DNA of 61,362 nucleotides, filler included, from Globobulimina sp. (Eukaryota), in assembly GCA_003354225.1 (NCBI GenBank). It is 20 parts of 20 records of this genome, joined end to end, with 100 filler letters (N's around TTAATTAATTAA, not from the genome) between each part and the next. Parts side by side here need not be neighbours in the genome. Positions count along the whole stretch, not along the records: positions 21,526 to 24,499 come from PIVH01004176.1; positions 24,600 to 27,573 come from PIVH01004177.1; positions 27,674 to 30,647 come from PIVH01004178.1; positions 30,748 to 33,720 come from PIVH01004179.1; 16 more parts are not named here. The stretch is one strand, 5' to 3'. Under the pieces are notes generated by a model. The model saw only the letters and a list, made by a program, of their open reading frames with translations. It was not told where the DNA came from and ran no database searches. Position numbers and translations under genes: made by a program. Numbering within the stretch: the stretch's first letter is position 1; each line of letters opens with the position of its first letter. Positions 21,526-33,560 of the stretch are shown here, one piece after another.

Positions 21526-23656
21526 CAAATCATAAGTTCCGCATTATTCCTGCTCAAATTCTCAACAAAAAATGCATTTAATTCCTTAACATTTTTATAT
21601 TGCTTCGCTTCCTTTAATTTGGAATCTAAATTATACCAAATACCATCGATATTTTTTATTGCAATCCAATGGCGGCGAGTAAACATTTTAAACATTGCTT
21701 TTTGGGGACTATTTAATATAAATCCGGCGAGTCTTTTATTACCGGATTCTAAATAATTAGAAAATGTGTCATCTTCTAAATCAAACTCATTTGCTTTGCG
21801 TGCATCAAACCATTCGACATCAATATCAATTTTAGACAATGCCATCATCAAAACATTAGCATCGTAATTTCCTGTTTGCAATACTGATCGGTGCGGATTT
21901 ATTAATTTATTTGGTGCTAATTCTTGACAAATTTCATTCATTTTCTTTACAGAAAACTGCTGTTTTTGCAACAATGCGTTTAAAGCATGAATCAAACACA
22001 TTTCCCACGCTTGCTTCTCATGATAAAGCTCTCCATTTTCTGTGTATGTACATATGTATAAATTAAAATTGTGCTCATATAAAATTAAAATATAATTATC
22101 ACAAATAATACCAAAATTATCTTCATTTACTTTTTCGTCGATATAATCCATATAATAAAAATGCATAACTTCAACTTCCTCCCCTTCAGTTAATGCACTC
22201 GGAAACTTTGGCGTTGATTTCATTGGTTTGCTATATAAATCACCTTCGACATCACTATCCATTTCAGAATCATAACCGGGAGTTATTACATCACCACCTT
22301 TTGTCGGTTCACCTTTTGTTGTTTGTGTCATTTCACTCATTTCACTCATTTCATCATCATTGTGCAGGTTGGTCAACAATATATAATCAAAACCATTATC
22401 ATTATAATTTTGAGACTGTTTTTCTTTTTCTTGTTCTTTTTGTTTATGTTTCTTAAAAACTACATAAAAAATAATAATAAAGCAACATATTACTATAACA
22501 ATAACAGTCAATATTATTGCTGTGGATATGTGAAATCTATTATGTCCCTCTTCAGTCGCAGAATGCGTCGCGGTGTGTTCTGGAAGTGGTGAATCTATGC
22601 GTATCATATTATTAATTATATGTTTTAAAAATGAATTTATATTATACAGAAAACCAACGTACCCGATGGAGAGGCGGAGATCGGAGATTTGCTTGGATAT
22701 ATTGTAGGTGCAGCTGTCGGATTGTCTGTTGGTCAAATAATTATGTTTCAAATCAATATAGGTTTTCAAAAGAAAATATTAACATTACCAGAGGGCTCGA
22801 CGGTGGGATCGTTGGTTGGATCATTCGTCGGATCATTGCTTGGAATTTCGGTGGGATCGCTGGTTGGAATTTCTGTCGGGCCGTTCGTCGGATCATTCGT
22901 TGGGTCATTCGTCGGGGTTTTAGAAGGATCGTTTGTTGGAATTTCGGTCGGATCGTTGGTTGGAATTTCAGTGGGATCGTTGGTTGGATCATTGCTTGGA
23001 ATTTCAGTCGGATTCTTTGACGGAAACTGAGTGGGACTCTCAGTAAATGGAGTTTGTATTTGAGACAAATCGAATGTGAAAACATTTTTGATGCCTGTAC
23101 CGCAGTTAAAATTGCCACCAACACCACATGTCCATATCCAAGTTGCTCTGTATGGACTGTCTGTTAACTCTACAGGAATATTTTTGATGTACCAAGTTGA
23201 TTGTTCTGGAATAACAATTGTTGTTGAAGTGCCTGTCGTGCTTTGTAATTCATAATAATTGAGAGCTAAATCTGTGGAATAATAATCGCCATTATATTCA
23301 ATACAAAATATCAATCCACCTGCACCAGGATCATCAGCCCGGTTGTAGCAGGAAATTTTAATTCTACCATTTGAGTCAACAGACGAAATGGTTCCACTGT
23401 TCAACTTTTTCTGTGTCATGAATTGAGTGTAGATATGACATGAAACAACAGAACAAATATAAAATTAACAAACCCAGTCTGAAGGATTCGGTCCAAAGTC
23501 AACAGACACATAAGTTCCTGCGGTACTATCAGGCGAATACCATATACCATCAAATTTGTTATCACAGCGTCCATAAATATTCAAATCACCAATAATCACA
23601 CCACATGAAATTCTGGATAATACTAATAGCAGTAAAAGGCGGATAGTGTTCTTCAT
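21526..23656 (-). CDS. Predicted receptor-like Josephin deubiquitinase: signal peptide, lectin-like ectodomain, PT-repeat stalk, TM helix, Josephin domain (3'-truncated)
   Basis: Four GT-AG introns (23411-23473, 22726-22788, 22595-22662, 22040-22111) give one continuous frame. Josephin motifs YHEKQAWEMCLIHALNALLQ, GNYDANV and RHWIAIK...WYNLDS are intact. Confidence 0.75.
22790..23040 (-). repeat. Coding 12-bp PT-type tandem repeats (PTND/PTEI/PSND)
   Basis: About 20 tetrapeptide units forming a mucin-like stalk. Confidence 0.92.
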
Positions 23657-23738
23657 GATCCGATGTTAGTTAAAAAGAAAAAACCTAAGCACCAATTTTG
23701 CAATACTTTATATCCTTGCACTCGCAAGAGAAAATATA

Positions 23739-24499
23739 ATGTCATTAAATATATTATTGCTATCCATTATACGCAATACATTTGCAATTGGTGATACATG
23801 CAGTGATTCATCCATATACCACGTAGATTGGCCAACAATAACAATGTCTGGGGATATTCCCGATTTTGCATATTCAATAGAATTTGATCAATTTAATTTA
23901 GAGATTGTAATCAATGTAAATCTGACCTATTTAGGCTATTCAACAGATAAAGATTCCAATATATTAGGCACTACATACGTACTGGATTTTGAGTCGCTAT
24001 CCGCCCATCTTTTGCCCTTAAATAAACCCGGTACGTGTTCGAATCGAGTTGCTTCTGATTTTAACAGTGTAGACCCAACCCAATGGTTTGGTTATTCCCA
24101 CGCCAATCCACCCATTGTTGGCGATATTGATTTTTTAGCATATCCTCCTTCGGGAACAGATTGGTTCATTGAATCCATTGATTGCAACACCATCCATTAC
24201 GAAGGTTTCTTTTCATATAAACAATTATTTGATGAATGCAGAAATTATGCTGGAGATCGAAAATATTCGCTACTGAGCACTGATGACAAATGGATTAATT
24301 TAACATTAACTTTCTATATAAATATCGTTTCCCCATTGGCTGTCAGTTTAAGTGGAAGTGGCTATTATCGTATTTACCAATTATTGTCTGCGCCGTTTGT
24401 GATTGCAATCAGTAAAACAATATTCGTTTTGGAACCAGTGGGAATGCGATTATTTACAATGTCGGTCATTGCTGTTTATAAACAACATTCGCAGCATGA
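23739..24499 (+). CDS. Secreted or surface protein of unknown function, 3'-truncated
   Basis: Signal-like start MSLNILLLSIIRNTFA and an uninterrupted beta-rich, Cys-containing ORF running to the linker. Confidence 0.7.
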
Positions 24500-24798
24500 N
24501 NNNNNNNNNNNNNNNNNNNNNNNNNNNNNNNNNNNNNNNNNNNTTAATTAATTAANNNNNNNNNNNNNNNNNNNNNNNNNNNNNNNNNNNNNNNNNNNNG
24601 CCCTTTTTTCATTTTCTTCGCTGCCTTTGAATTATTCGTAATCCCTTTTAATTTCTTCCATCTTTTAATCCGCATTTGATTTAATTTACTTTCAGTGCTT
24701 AAATGAGCAGCAAATGTTTTAATATCCAGGCACAAATTCCATAACTCATCGGTTGCAAGTTTTACTTCCATTACATATTTCTTTGCGTCATACGCTTA

Positions 24799-25377
24799 TT
24801 AAATCACATATTTTGTTGCGACGATTGGCGATCTAATATTATAATTAATATAATATAACATATATACTGCGGTGATGGACTTAACTGCGGTGATGGACTT
24901 GGTTAATATGTCTGAAGCAATCAATTTATTTCGAACACATTTAACCAATTGATCGAATTGATTGATTTTTCCATCTTTGACTGTATTTTTATCTTTATAT
25001 TCATGCACTAATTGAGTAAGCTCCTCCCACGCACTTTCATCGTTTCCTGTAACATGATGCATTAACGGGATAATCCACATACATTCAGCAACTAAACCAT
25101 TTGTAATAATTTCTTTAATTAACGGCAATAAATTAACCCCTCGAAATGGATGAAGTTTACCATCGGCACATTCAACATATAATAAATTATTATGAATGAA
25201 CATTGAATCATAAATGGGACATAATTTCTTTGTTATATCATCATAGCATACATTAATTTCATTCTTCACATATTCCCAATCTAATTTGCATTTAATCCAT
25301 TCGTCACTGTCTTGTTTGTATTCACATTCAAATGAATGAATTCGATCATTACTCACATTATTCATAACGTTAACCAC
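24799..25377 (-). CDS. Hypothetical protein, possibly decayed at the 3' end
   Basis: 192-aa ORF with an 18-bp tandem duplication (KSITAV x2). The downstream exon structure could not be resolved. Confidence 0.4.
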   Translation of the reverse strand: MVNVMNNVSNDRIHSFECEYKQDSDEWIKCKLDWEYVKNEINVCYDDITKKLCPIYDSMFIHNNLLYVECADGKLHPFRGVNLLPLIKEIITNGLVAECMWIIPLMHHVTGNDESAWEELTQLVHEYKDKNTVKDGKINQFDQLVKCVRNKLIASDILTKSITAVKSITAVYMLYYINYNIRSPIVATKYVI

Positions 25378-25480
25378 TTGTGAGAGGGTTGTGTGCAGTG
25401 TGCTTTACTATCTTTGAAATGTAAAGGAATAGGTTTAAGTAAAATTGTTAGAAAAAGAAAACTTAAGTACTGGCCATTTC

Positions 25481-26764
25481 ATGTCACAACCAATTTTGCA
25501 GTTGCATGTCAATGAAAATTCACAGTTGCTTCCTCGAAAACAATTTCACAGAGTGGATGACCAAAATGTGAATAAACTAATGACTGATGATGAGATTAAA
25601 AAACACACCAATAAATTAAAGAAAATGTATGCAAATTCCTTATTTATTAAAGGATATTTAAGGCGAGTTAAAAACAACAATAATTTGTATGAGGATATTG
25701 ATGAAACTATATGCTATTTTTATGGATGTAAATCTGTTTATAACGCAGTGTGTATTCAACAAGTCACTATTTGCAAATATATACTCGATAATCATTTATG
25801 TGATGTTGATGATGTTAAACATGAAATGTGTAAATTATTTAATCATACCCCATTAATTAAAGCAGTACAACTTAGAAACATTGAATTGATGAATATTTTA
25901 TTGCAATATAATGCTCATCACACCGTTATTAATGAAAATATGATGTATCCCCCAATGCAACCTTATTACCAAAGGCCACACACTCAATTAACAGATCCAT
26001 TCAATCCAATATCAATTTGTATTGATGAATTAATGGATGATCACACTCCAAATATTTGTGATAAATATAGTCAGATTGTTTTTATTTTATTGGATCATAA
26101 AATTGCAGCAAATATCTTATCAAAAAAACATGGCGCTTCTTTATTACATTATGGCTGTAAAGTGAATGATTTTGAATTTGTAAAAAAGTTAGTTGACAAA
26201 TATCCTATTTCAGTGTTATTGGCATTAAAATACGATAATAATAATCAAACTGCCATCGATTATATTAAGGATCAGAAAATTAAAACGTTTTTAGATAAAA
26301 AAATAAAAGAAATCCAAAGTAAACAACCCGATGCTGAAGAAGAGATATATGACTCTGGAATGTTTTGTTGTATATTTGGAGCAATTTCATATTGTTACAT
26401 CATACCATCATCAATACTGTCAATCATTAATAGTTGTTTTATTTTGATTGAGTGGAATACAATGAATGTAAATATAATTTGGTTATCAATAATTTCAATC
26501 ATAATGAGTCTAATTATGTTTGTATTGATATTTATAATTTCAATTAAAACAGTTTATAAAACATCAACTTCCATTGGTTTACCATGGTTGGCAATATTTT
26601 TTGTTCAAAACGTTTTATGCATTACATTGTTGATTATGCAATTAGCATTGAACCAGTTTACTGCAATAACTTACATATTATCAATAACGAATGTTTCCTT
26701 TTGCGGTGGGTTTTATATTTGTTTTTGTCTCGTTTGCTGTGTTAACTATTTGCATATGCTTTAG
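25481..26764 (+). CDS. Ankyrin-repeat protein with about four C-terminal TM helices
   Basis: TPLIKAVQLRNIELMNILLQYNA, GASLLHYGC and NQTAIDY are ankyrin-like; the C-terminus is hydrophobic. Confidence 0.8.
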   Translation: MSQPILQLHVNENSQLLPRKQFHRVDDQNVNKLMTDDEIKKHTNKLKKMYANSLFIKGYLRRVKNNNNLYEDIDETICYFYGCKSVYNAVCIQQVTICKYILDNHLCDVDDVKHEMCKLFNHTPLIKAVQLRNIELMNILLQYNAHHTVINENMMYPPMQPYYQRPHTQLTDPFNPISICIDELMDDHTPNICDKYSQIVFILLDHKIAANILSKKHGASLLHYGCKVNDFEFVKKLVDKYPISVLLALKYDNNNQTAIDYIKDQKIKTFLDKKIKEIQSKQPDAEEEIYDSGMFCCIFGAISYCYIIPSSILSIINSCFILIEWNTMNVNIIWLSIISIIMSLIMFVLIFIISIKTVYKTSTSIGLPWLAIFFVQNVLCITLLIMQLALNQFTAITYILSITNVSFCGGFYICFCLVCCVNYLHML

Positions 26765-27673
26765 ATCGAACATGATACGTTTTGACGCACAGAACAACTG
26801 TTAATCAAAATAAATCTCATTCTATCAAAATATGTACAGTATTAATTCCTGTACTTTTGTTATATTTTCACAGAAAAACATTGTTTAACATTAAAGCATG
26901 GCGTAGAGCACGCATACTTTGTCAAATCATGTTTGTTTTCATTTTTTGTTTGAAGTTCTGATCAAAAGTTAATTTTTTACGCGTTCAATTGAATTATTAG
27001 ATAATGGATGGATTACATGTAATTACGGAAACAATTCAAAAACACAACGAGATCTTGGAAATAATTTCCAATTGGAACCATTGATTAAATTCGATCAATA
27101 AAGAAGCTGTATCTGTTATTAATTTGACGAATTATACAATAATTCTTGGCTCATAAATGCATTATTAATCGCTTGTAATCGTCTGAGTGCAATAATGTAT
27201 CTGTTCCACATTTTGGGAAAACCAACAAATTGATAATATTCAACATTAAATCTCATCTAATTTCCTTTTTAACGTTGTGTTGTATCTTTTGTGTTGTATC
27301 TTATCTAGATTTGAGTCATTTTTTATGTTTCTGTTTGTCATATTATTTATCATTCGAACTCAGATTTATTTTTGATATTTCCTCGGACTGTGTAGTAACC
27401 CGCACTTTTCTGCCATTTTCACGGAAAAACGTTTCCCACAGTTTTGATTGGTTACGATTCATTGTAACAGATTTTAATCCCATTCCATTCTCAAATTCTA
27501 ATTGATTTGGCGATGTAATCCCTGAATTGAAAATGTTAAGATATTGTAATGCATTGGGTATGTTTACCAGTCTNNNNNNNNNNNNNNNNNNNNNNNNNNN
27601 NNNNNNNNNNNNNNNNNTTAATTAATTAANNNNNNNNNNNNNNNNNNNNNNNNNNNNNNNNNNNNNNNNNNNN

Positions 27674-28866
27674 AGTATAACTCCGACGAAAACGCCCAGT
27701 CGAAATCCGAGCAAAAACCCGACCATATCACCAACGAAAGGGCCCACACCGAGTCCCGCCGCACCGTCTAAGTCACCCACACCGTTTCCCACTGATCCAA
27801 ACATAGTCGTTCATGGAGATCCCACCCACCATCCGATTATAAGTGAGGCTCAGTTGGATTATACCACAGTGGCGCCGGTGACCACTGTTGGCGGTTATGA
27901 TGTGCTTAAAGCAGAGGGAGACGCAGTGGATACCATCACTATTATTGCTGTTGCACTGTCCATGTTAGTGTGCTGTTTATGCGGATTTGGTATTTTTGGT
28001 CTATGGAAGTATCAAAAATTGCGCGCAGAAAAAGATTCTGAAATTATTCGAATGCAATCAGGTCAAAACGCATTTTTTTTTATATAGATTCGGTTTGAAC
28101 TGACAATTTTGTGTACATAGATATGAAGTTCGCAATGAATGGGCATTTTATAGGCGCGGCGTCCGTATCCCGTACGAACTCTCCGTATGCCTTTCCAGGG
28201 CAAGTGGGAGATGGGCGAATCACGCAGACGTCGCCATGGATAATACCCGGTTACAGGGAGACCGCCGCTGTGTCGACCGTCGAGATGCACAGTATGACCA
28301 TGGGCAGTGCGGGCAGTGATGGTGTGGCTGAGGGGAAAATGAAGGACGTCCAGGCATTAAAGGAAGGCATAGATGCACATACTGGCAATATGGATATTAA
28401 TGAGGAGACTGAGGAGACTGAGGAGAATGATGTTGATGTGGATGAGTTTGGTGTGGATGAGTTTGGTGGAATTGCCACGCCGATGGGACCGGATCAGGAG
28501 GAGATTGGTGATGTGATTATAAAGTATGGTGATGATGATATTATATCGGATGTTGTGACAGATATAAACAAAGACATTGCTACGGCGGGAATGGACATTA
28601 CGATGAAGGATGTGAATGTGTGTGGATATGAAGGAGATAGTGATGAGCAGTTATTGATGGGCAATGATGTTGTTACATTGATGGATGAGGAGTATGGTCA
28701 GGAAGAGCAAGATGAAGAGGTACGAGACTTTGGACAGACACTTAGTGATGAAGTGTATGCACAAGATATGATGATGGATGATATTGTGAGTGAAATGGGG
28801 AGCGGGTGTGAGGATGAAGAGGATTATGGCGATGAGTTTTTGCAAAGCATGGATACTGTACAATAA
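27674..28866 (+). CDS. PT-repeat type I membrane protein with an acidic cytoplasmic tail, 5'-truncated (intron 28062-28120)
   Basis: PTKTPSRNPSKNPTISPT stalk, TM IIAVALSMLVCCLCGFGIFGLW, a 59-nt intron in frame with ORF 28111, and a D/E/M-rich tail. Confidence 0.8.
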
Positions 28867-29011
28867 ACATAATGATATTTTAATTTTTTTACATAATTGG
28901 GATTTGTAAATTTTATTTTGTAGTTTGAGATTACTCGTTTACAATTTCTGCATAAAACGCTCAAGTGACTGTAACATCGCAGCATTAGCCTGCTTAGAAC
29001 GTTCAACAGTG

Positions 29012-30647
29012 ATGATAGCTATTTTATTTTCTATATTAGTGGCAAGTTGTTGTGATACCTCAGCAGCAGAAAGTTGCCCATATGGTAACATAACTCATCC
29101 AGAATTGATGATAAGATCAAGCAATTTCGTAAACAGTGGTATTTCAATTAATTATGTCAAAAATTGGGCTTGAAAGAAGGTTTAAGGGAATTAATGCAAA
29201 ATATGCTTGATGGAATGGTGTCTTATATTATAGACGAAAACGGCTCCAAATCACAGCTAGAAACAAATATTATCCAACACAGTGAACCCTGGCATCGAGA
29301 ATATGAATTTATTTGGAATAATCCCAAAAACAATTTAAAATATAATATTGGCAACATCACATATGATATATTGGATGAAAAGTTAACATTAATCAATCCT
29401 GGCATTATCAATGAATTCAACTTATTATTGGGTGGTTCTGGCAATAAAAAAAAAGAAAAAAATACACAAATAATTGGGCAATTTGGTGAAGGTATGAAAT
29501 TAGCGGCGATTGCTTTATTACGAGAACCATTGCAGAAAAGTTTAGTTTTCTACACGAACGATAAACAATGGACATTTAAAGTTGATGGCGACAATAATTT
29601 TATTAATGAAGATAACGAAGCTGAGAAATGTTTGTTTTATCATATTTCAGCTATATCTGACAAAACAAAAGAAAAAGTACAGTATGAAAATGGGTGGACT
29701 TACCAAGTAATACAACCAATTACTATTAAAGAATGGAATGACAATATAAAACATTTTGTATTTCTACAAAACAAACAAGAAGTTATGTGATTTAATTTTA
29801 TGAATACGATTCACAACAAATCTCACATAACATATATCACATAACATCGTATCAGTTAATGGCAATACCGACCACTGCAAATTGTAAATTTGAAGCTGAA
29901 ATTCTATTATCTGAACACATGAAAGGTAGATTTTTTGTGAAAGACATACATGTGACAGATTATGCAACGTACAAATATGGATTCAATATGTTTGACTTAC
30001 AGTTAGATCGTGATAGAAACAGTGTGATGAATGCAGGTGAAAGAAATAAAAGAATATCCTGCATTATGGTTGATTTATTAGCACATTGGAAGGAACATAG
30101 AATAACCTATCCTCTCGCTATTAATGAATTAAATGATTTGTGGCTGAATGTATATAAAATGCTGAAATTGGGCTCAAGTGAAGTTTCATCTTTTGCAGAG
30201 TGTCTAAATTCGTACAACAACGATGTCCAAACAAGGATCTCCGATCGAATTTGGAAGTTAAGTGATATATATTATTAATATTTATTTTAATAACTATATG
30301 TATAGTTATTGGAAAGCGGACAGTGTGATGGGGCATGTTGGTCAACCCATTTATAGGCAAAGTGATTTTAACACTTTTTTGAAAAATAATTTTATCAAAA
30401 ATAAACACGGAAGTTTTTATTTATATTCCACAACCACGCTGTATCCTTTTCAAGTGTTGACGAAGTCCAGTAATTATCAAAGTTATCAATCAAAATTAAG
30501 TCATATTAAATCCACTGCAAAAATTTATGTATTGACTAATGATGAAATCTCAATTAAAAATCAATTAATAGAACGAATTACCGGTATAAATAATAAAAAA
30601 TTTACTGCAAAGCATCAAATAATATTCAAAGATTATTCTGGCTTACA
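29012..30647 (+). CDS. GHKL (HATPase) ATPase of phage/bacterial 'ATP-binding protein' type; 1-nt frameshift near 29168; introns 29782-29855 and 30257-30305; 3'-truncated
   Basis: ISINYVKNW/GLKEGLRELMQNMLD (N-box), LLLGGSGNK, IGQFGEGMKLAAIALLR, then GRFFVK...YGFN...LDRDR. Hydrophobic leader MIAILFSILVASCC. Confidence 0.78.
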
Positions 30648-30860
30648 NNNNNNNNNNNNNNNNNNNNNNNNNNNNNNNNNNNNNNNNNNNNTTAATTAAT
30701 TAANNNNNNNNNNNNNNNNNNNNNNNNNNNNNNNNNNNNNNNNNNNNAAAAAAATAAGAAAATATACAAGACATTTGTTTTGAATGACATGTGTGTTTCT
30801 TATTGTTTTAATAAAATGTTAAAAATGTTGTTTGGAATATTTTAAACAGAGAAAATAAGC

Positions 30861-30915
30861 TTCTTGACTGCGGCCTTCTTGCCTCCGGAATTCTTGCCTC
30901 CTGGCTTCTTGCCTC
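30861..30915. repeat. 15-bp period tandem motif (TTCTTGCCTC core x4), possibly a transposon subterminal repeat
   Basis: Cores at 30861 (variant), 30876, 30891 and 30906 form a GC-rich island in AT-rich DNA. Confidence 0.8.
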
Positions 30916-31349
30916 TGGGTCTATCGACCCGCAATGCTACTGTGTTGCCCCCTACGATTGATATAATTATCCGTTGGTGTGTCTTACAACAGAGTGCGGT
31001 TTACAAAATAAAAGTTAACTAAGGTTTTTGAGTGAGAAAATCTGGACTTATAACAAACTACGGATAAAGTTACTATACCTTAGAAACGACAATAAATTAC
31101 TAAACATGATAATTAATGGCCTCCCCCAAAGCCGAATTTGCTTACATATGCAATGAGTTAATTTATAAATTTAAAAATTAAAATGTCCACAAATCAAATA
31201 CTAATTCGCCACAAATCAAATATATAATGATAAAATAATAATATATAAATATATAAGTGTTGATAACTATGTACACTTTGAGTAAAATTAAAAGAAAATA
31301 ATAGTATAATAAAATATAAAATAAATTTGAAATAAAAATCATAAACTAA

Positions 31350-33560
31350 TTATCGACCATATCCATAGACGTTACCACTTCCACGACTGTCACATCGATC
31401 TGATGTATGTTTGTCGACAATAAAACAAAATCGACACATGTGATGCCAATCACATCTCTCATGACATTGACTATAATAACAACGTCCCTTTTCATGATAA
31501 ACACAAATATATTGAACCAATTCGGGGCCGCCAAACATCGCACCATTCTTTACGTGGTAACAGTTCATTTTTTGAGTGTTGACGGGCTTCTTTGGATCGA
31601 ATCCACCATTTGTTGATTGATAGTTTTGTTGATTATTGTCTACTTTCTGTCTTTTGAATGGTCTTTGATTGGTATAATTATTTTGTTGTTGCTGTGGTTG
31701 ATGCTGTGCCGGTTCGTACGTATGATTGAATTTCGACGGATTATAGTTTCCTTGGCCTTGGTTATTATGATAATTACCCCGACCGTTTCCTCTATAGTTT
31801 CCACGACCATTTCCTCTCTGATTTCCACGTGTGTTTTTATTATAATTTCTTGTATGTCCGCCACGATAATTTCCTTCATAATTATTTTCATGATATTCGC
31901 CTCCAAAATGACCACCATAAGATTCATTACGATCGTTGTTATAATTCTTGCGATAACGATTGCGACCGCGCCAACCACCTCGTCCACCTCTGCCACCTCT
32001 GGGTCTTCGTCGAGGTGTATAAGGACGTCTCACTTGTTGTGTGTTTGGAGTTGTTTGCGGATTTGGGGTTTGTTGCATTATTTTTATGGCCGCATTGTAT
32101 GTCCTCGTTTCAATGCTGTTTCTGTGTTCATTCGAAATCACAGATAATTTCCACTCGTTCAATGTGCTGCGTTCGCCCAAATTCTTCCCAGCACTCACTC
32201 CACGATCTAACACTGCCTTTCTTCTCTTTAATAGGAAGTGGTTGAACGCTGTCAATCCTTCATTGCCCACCAAATTTGTGCTCAATTCATTCTTGACAAA
32301 TTTCGCTAATTTCATCCATTGGAGACCGGCTGCTGTTAAATAAGCACTTTGTATTAATGTCTGGAGTTCAGTGCCTTTCTTGCGATGAATATCTGCTAAT
32401 TCGGTAATTGATGTTGAAATCATCATAATCACTTTATACGTCGCGTTGTGATCCTGTTTGAACGACTTAATGGCGGAATCTATGTTTGTATGATTCTGCA
32501 CCAATTTATATCTCCTGTTAATGCTAAATATCTTAAAATATCATTTAGCGGCGCACCACCTGTCGTGCATAAGCGATAATAGCCAATTTTGGCTGAGGTA
32601 CGTTTTTTCTTTGATATATTACCATTGATCTCATTATTTAATTCATTTTGATCCTTCTGATATTCCATAAATTGATAATAATCTAAGTTTTTAGGGGGAG
32701 TTTAAGGGGGATTATATTGTGAATATATTAACATTATAAAAATACTTAAAAAGTATTTTACGCACTTATTCAAAAACGGATATCTGAAAAAACGGATTAC
32801 GCAAAAAGCAGATTACTGAAAAATTTGAGAAATCAGGCTTGAAATTTGCGACTTTGTATGTTAATGAGGTTTCCGTTAATCCAAAATAAATATACATCTT
32901 CGATTTTGGAGTGTTTTTATACGTCACATTAGTCGCATCACTCACAAATTGATTAAATTGATTAATAATATTATTCCACGAAATTCTCGCGAAATTGCAA
33001 AATTCATTGACTTGCTCTTTGTCATAATTCGAAGGATTTCCTCGTGCTGAAATTAATAAATTCTCGATTACTTGCAACGACGCAAAATCTTGCCGTTGAA
33101 AGTAGTCAATAAGTGTTGAAGCGATGATGTTGACGGCTTGGGATTTAACTTTCTTCGCGAAATTCCATTTAAAATCATCCGTTGAGTCCGGGAATGCCCG
33201 GTTATTCGCATCAGTTGCGGCCCATAGCGGATCTGTATTATCATTGATTACTAAATTATTGCTGCATAGAAGTCGAAGTCTCGTGAATGCTGCGGTTGAA
33301 TCATCACATTTGCCGATTGTATATGCAGATTCTGTCCCTTTCGAGGGATCTTGGTTATTACGTGCTCTTTCATGGAAAATATATTTGAATCCTAAATTGA
33401 TAGCTTCATATTCCTTAATTAATACTTTGCTAATCGATGCATACGGTTCGTAATAGGCTTCTTCACACGGCGGTGTGGTTAAATTTACTATTCTCGTTGC
33501 TGTAGCTAATTTCATATTGACTCCACTGAGAGCTTTTCCCACATTAAAATGGAAAGACAT
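31350..33560 (-). mobile_element. Gag-like ORF1 region resembling DIRS/Ngaro tyrosine-recombinase retrotransposons, broken into three ORFs
   Basis: RGG/Asn-rich nucleic-acid-binding region ending in CVYHEKGRCYYSQCHERCDWHHMCRFCFIVDKHTSDRC, a CCCH+CCHC double knuckle. No RT or recombinase on the contig. Confidence 0.55.

Noticed and set aside
22631-23127. ORFs 22631..23020, 22689..23030 and 22753..23127, and a CRISPR-like look of the repeats
   Set aside because: These are shadow frames of the 12-bp PT-repeat exon, and there are no unique spacers.
32480-32545. Programmed -1 ribosomal frameshift in the gag-like region
   Set aside because: No canonical X XXY YYZ heptamer was found in the correct frame of the overlap.
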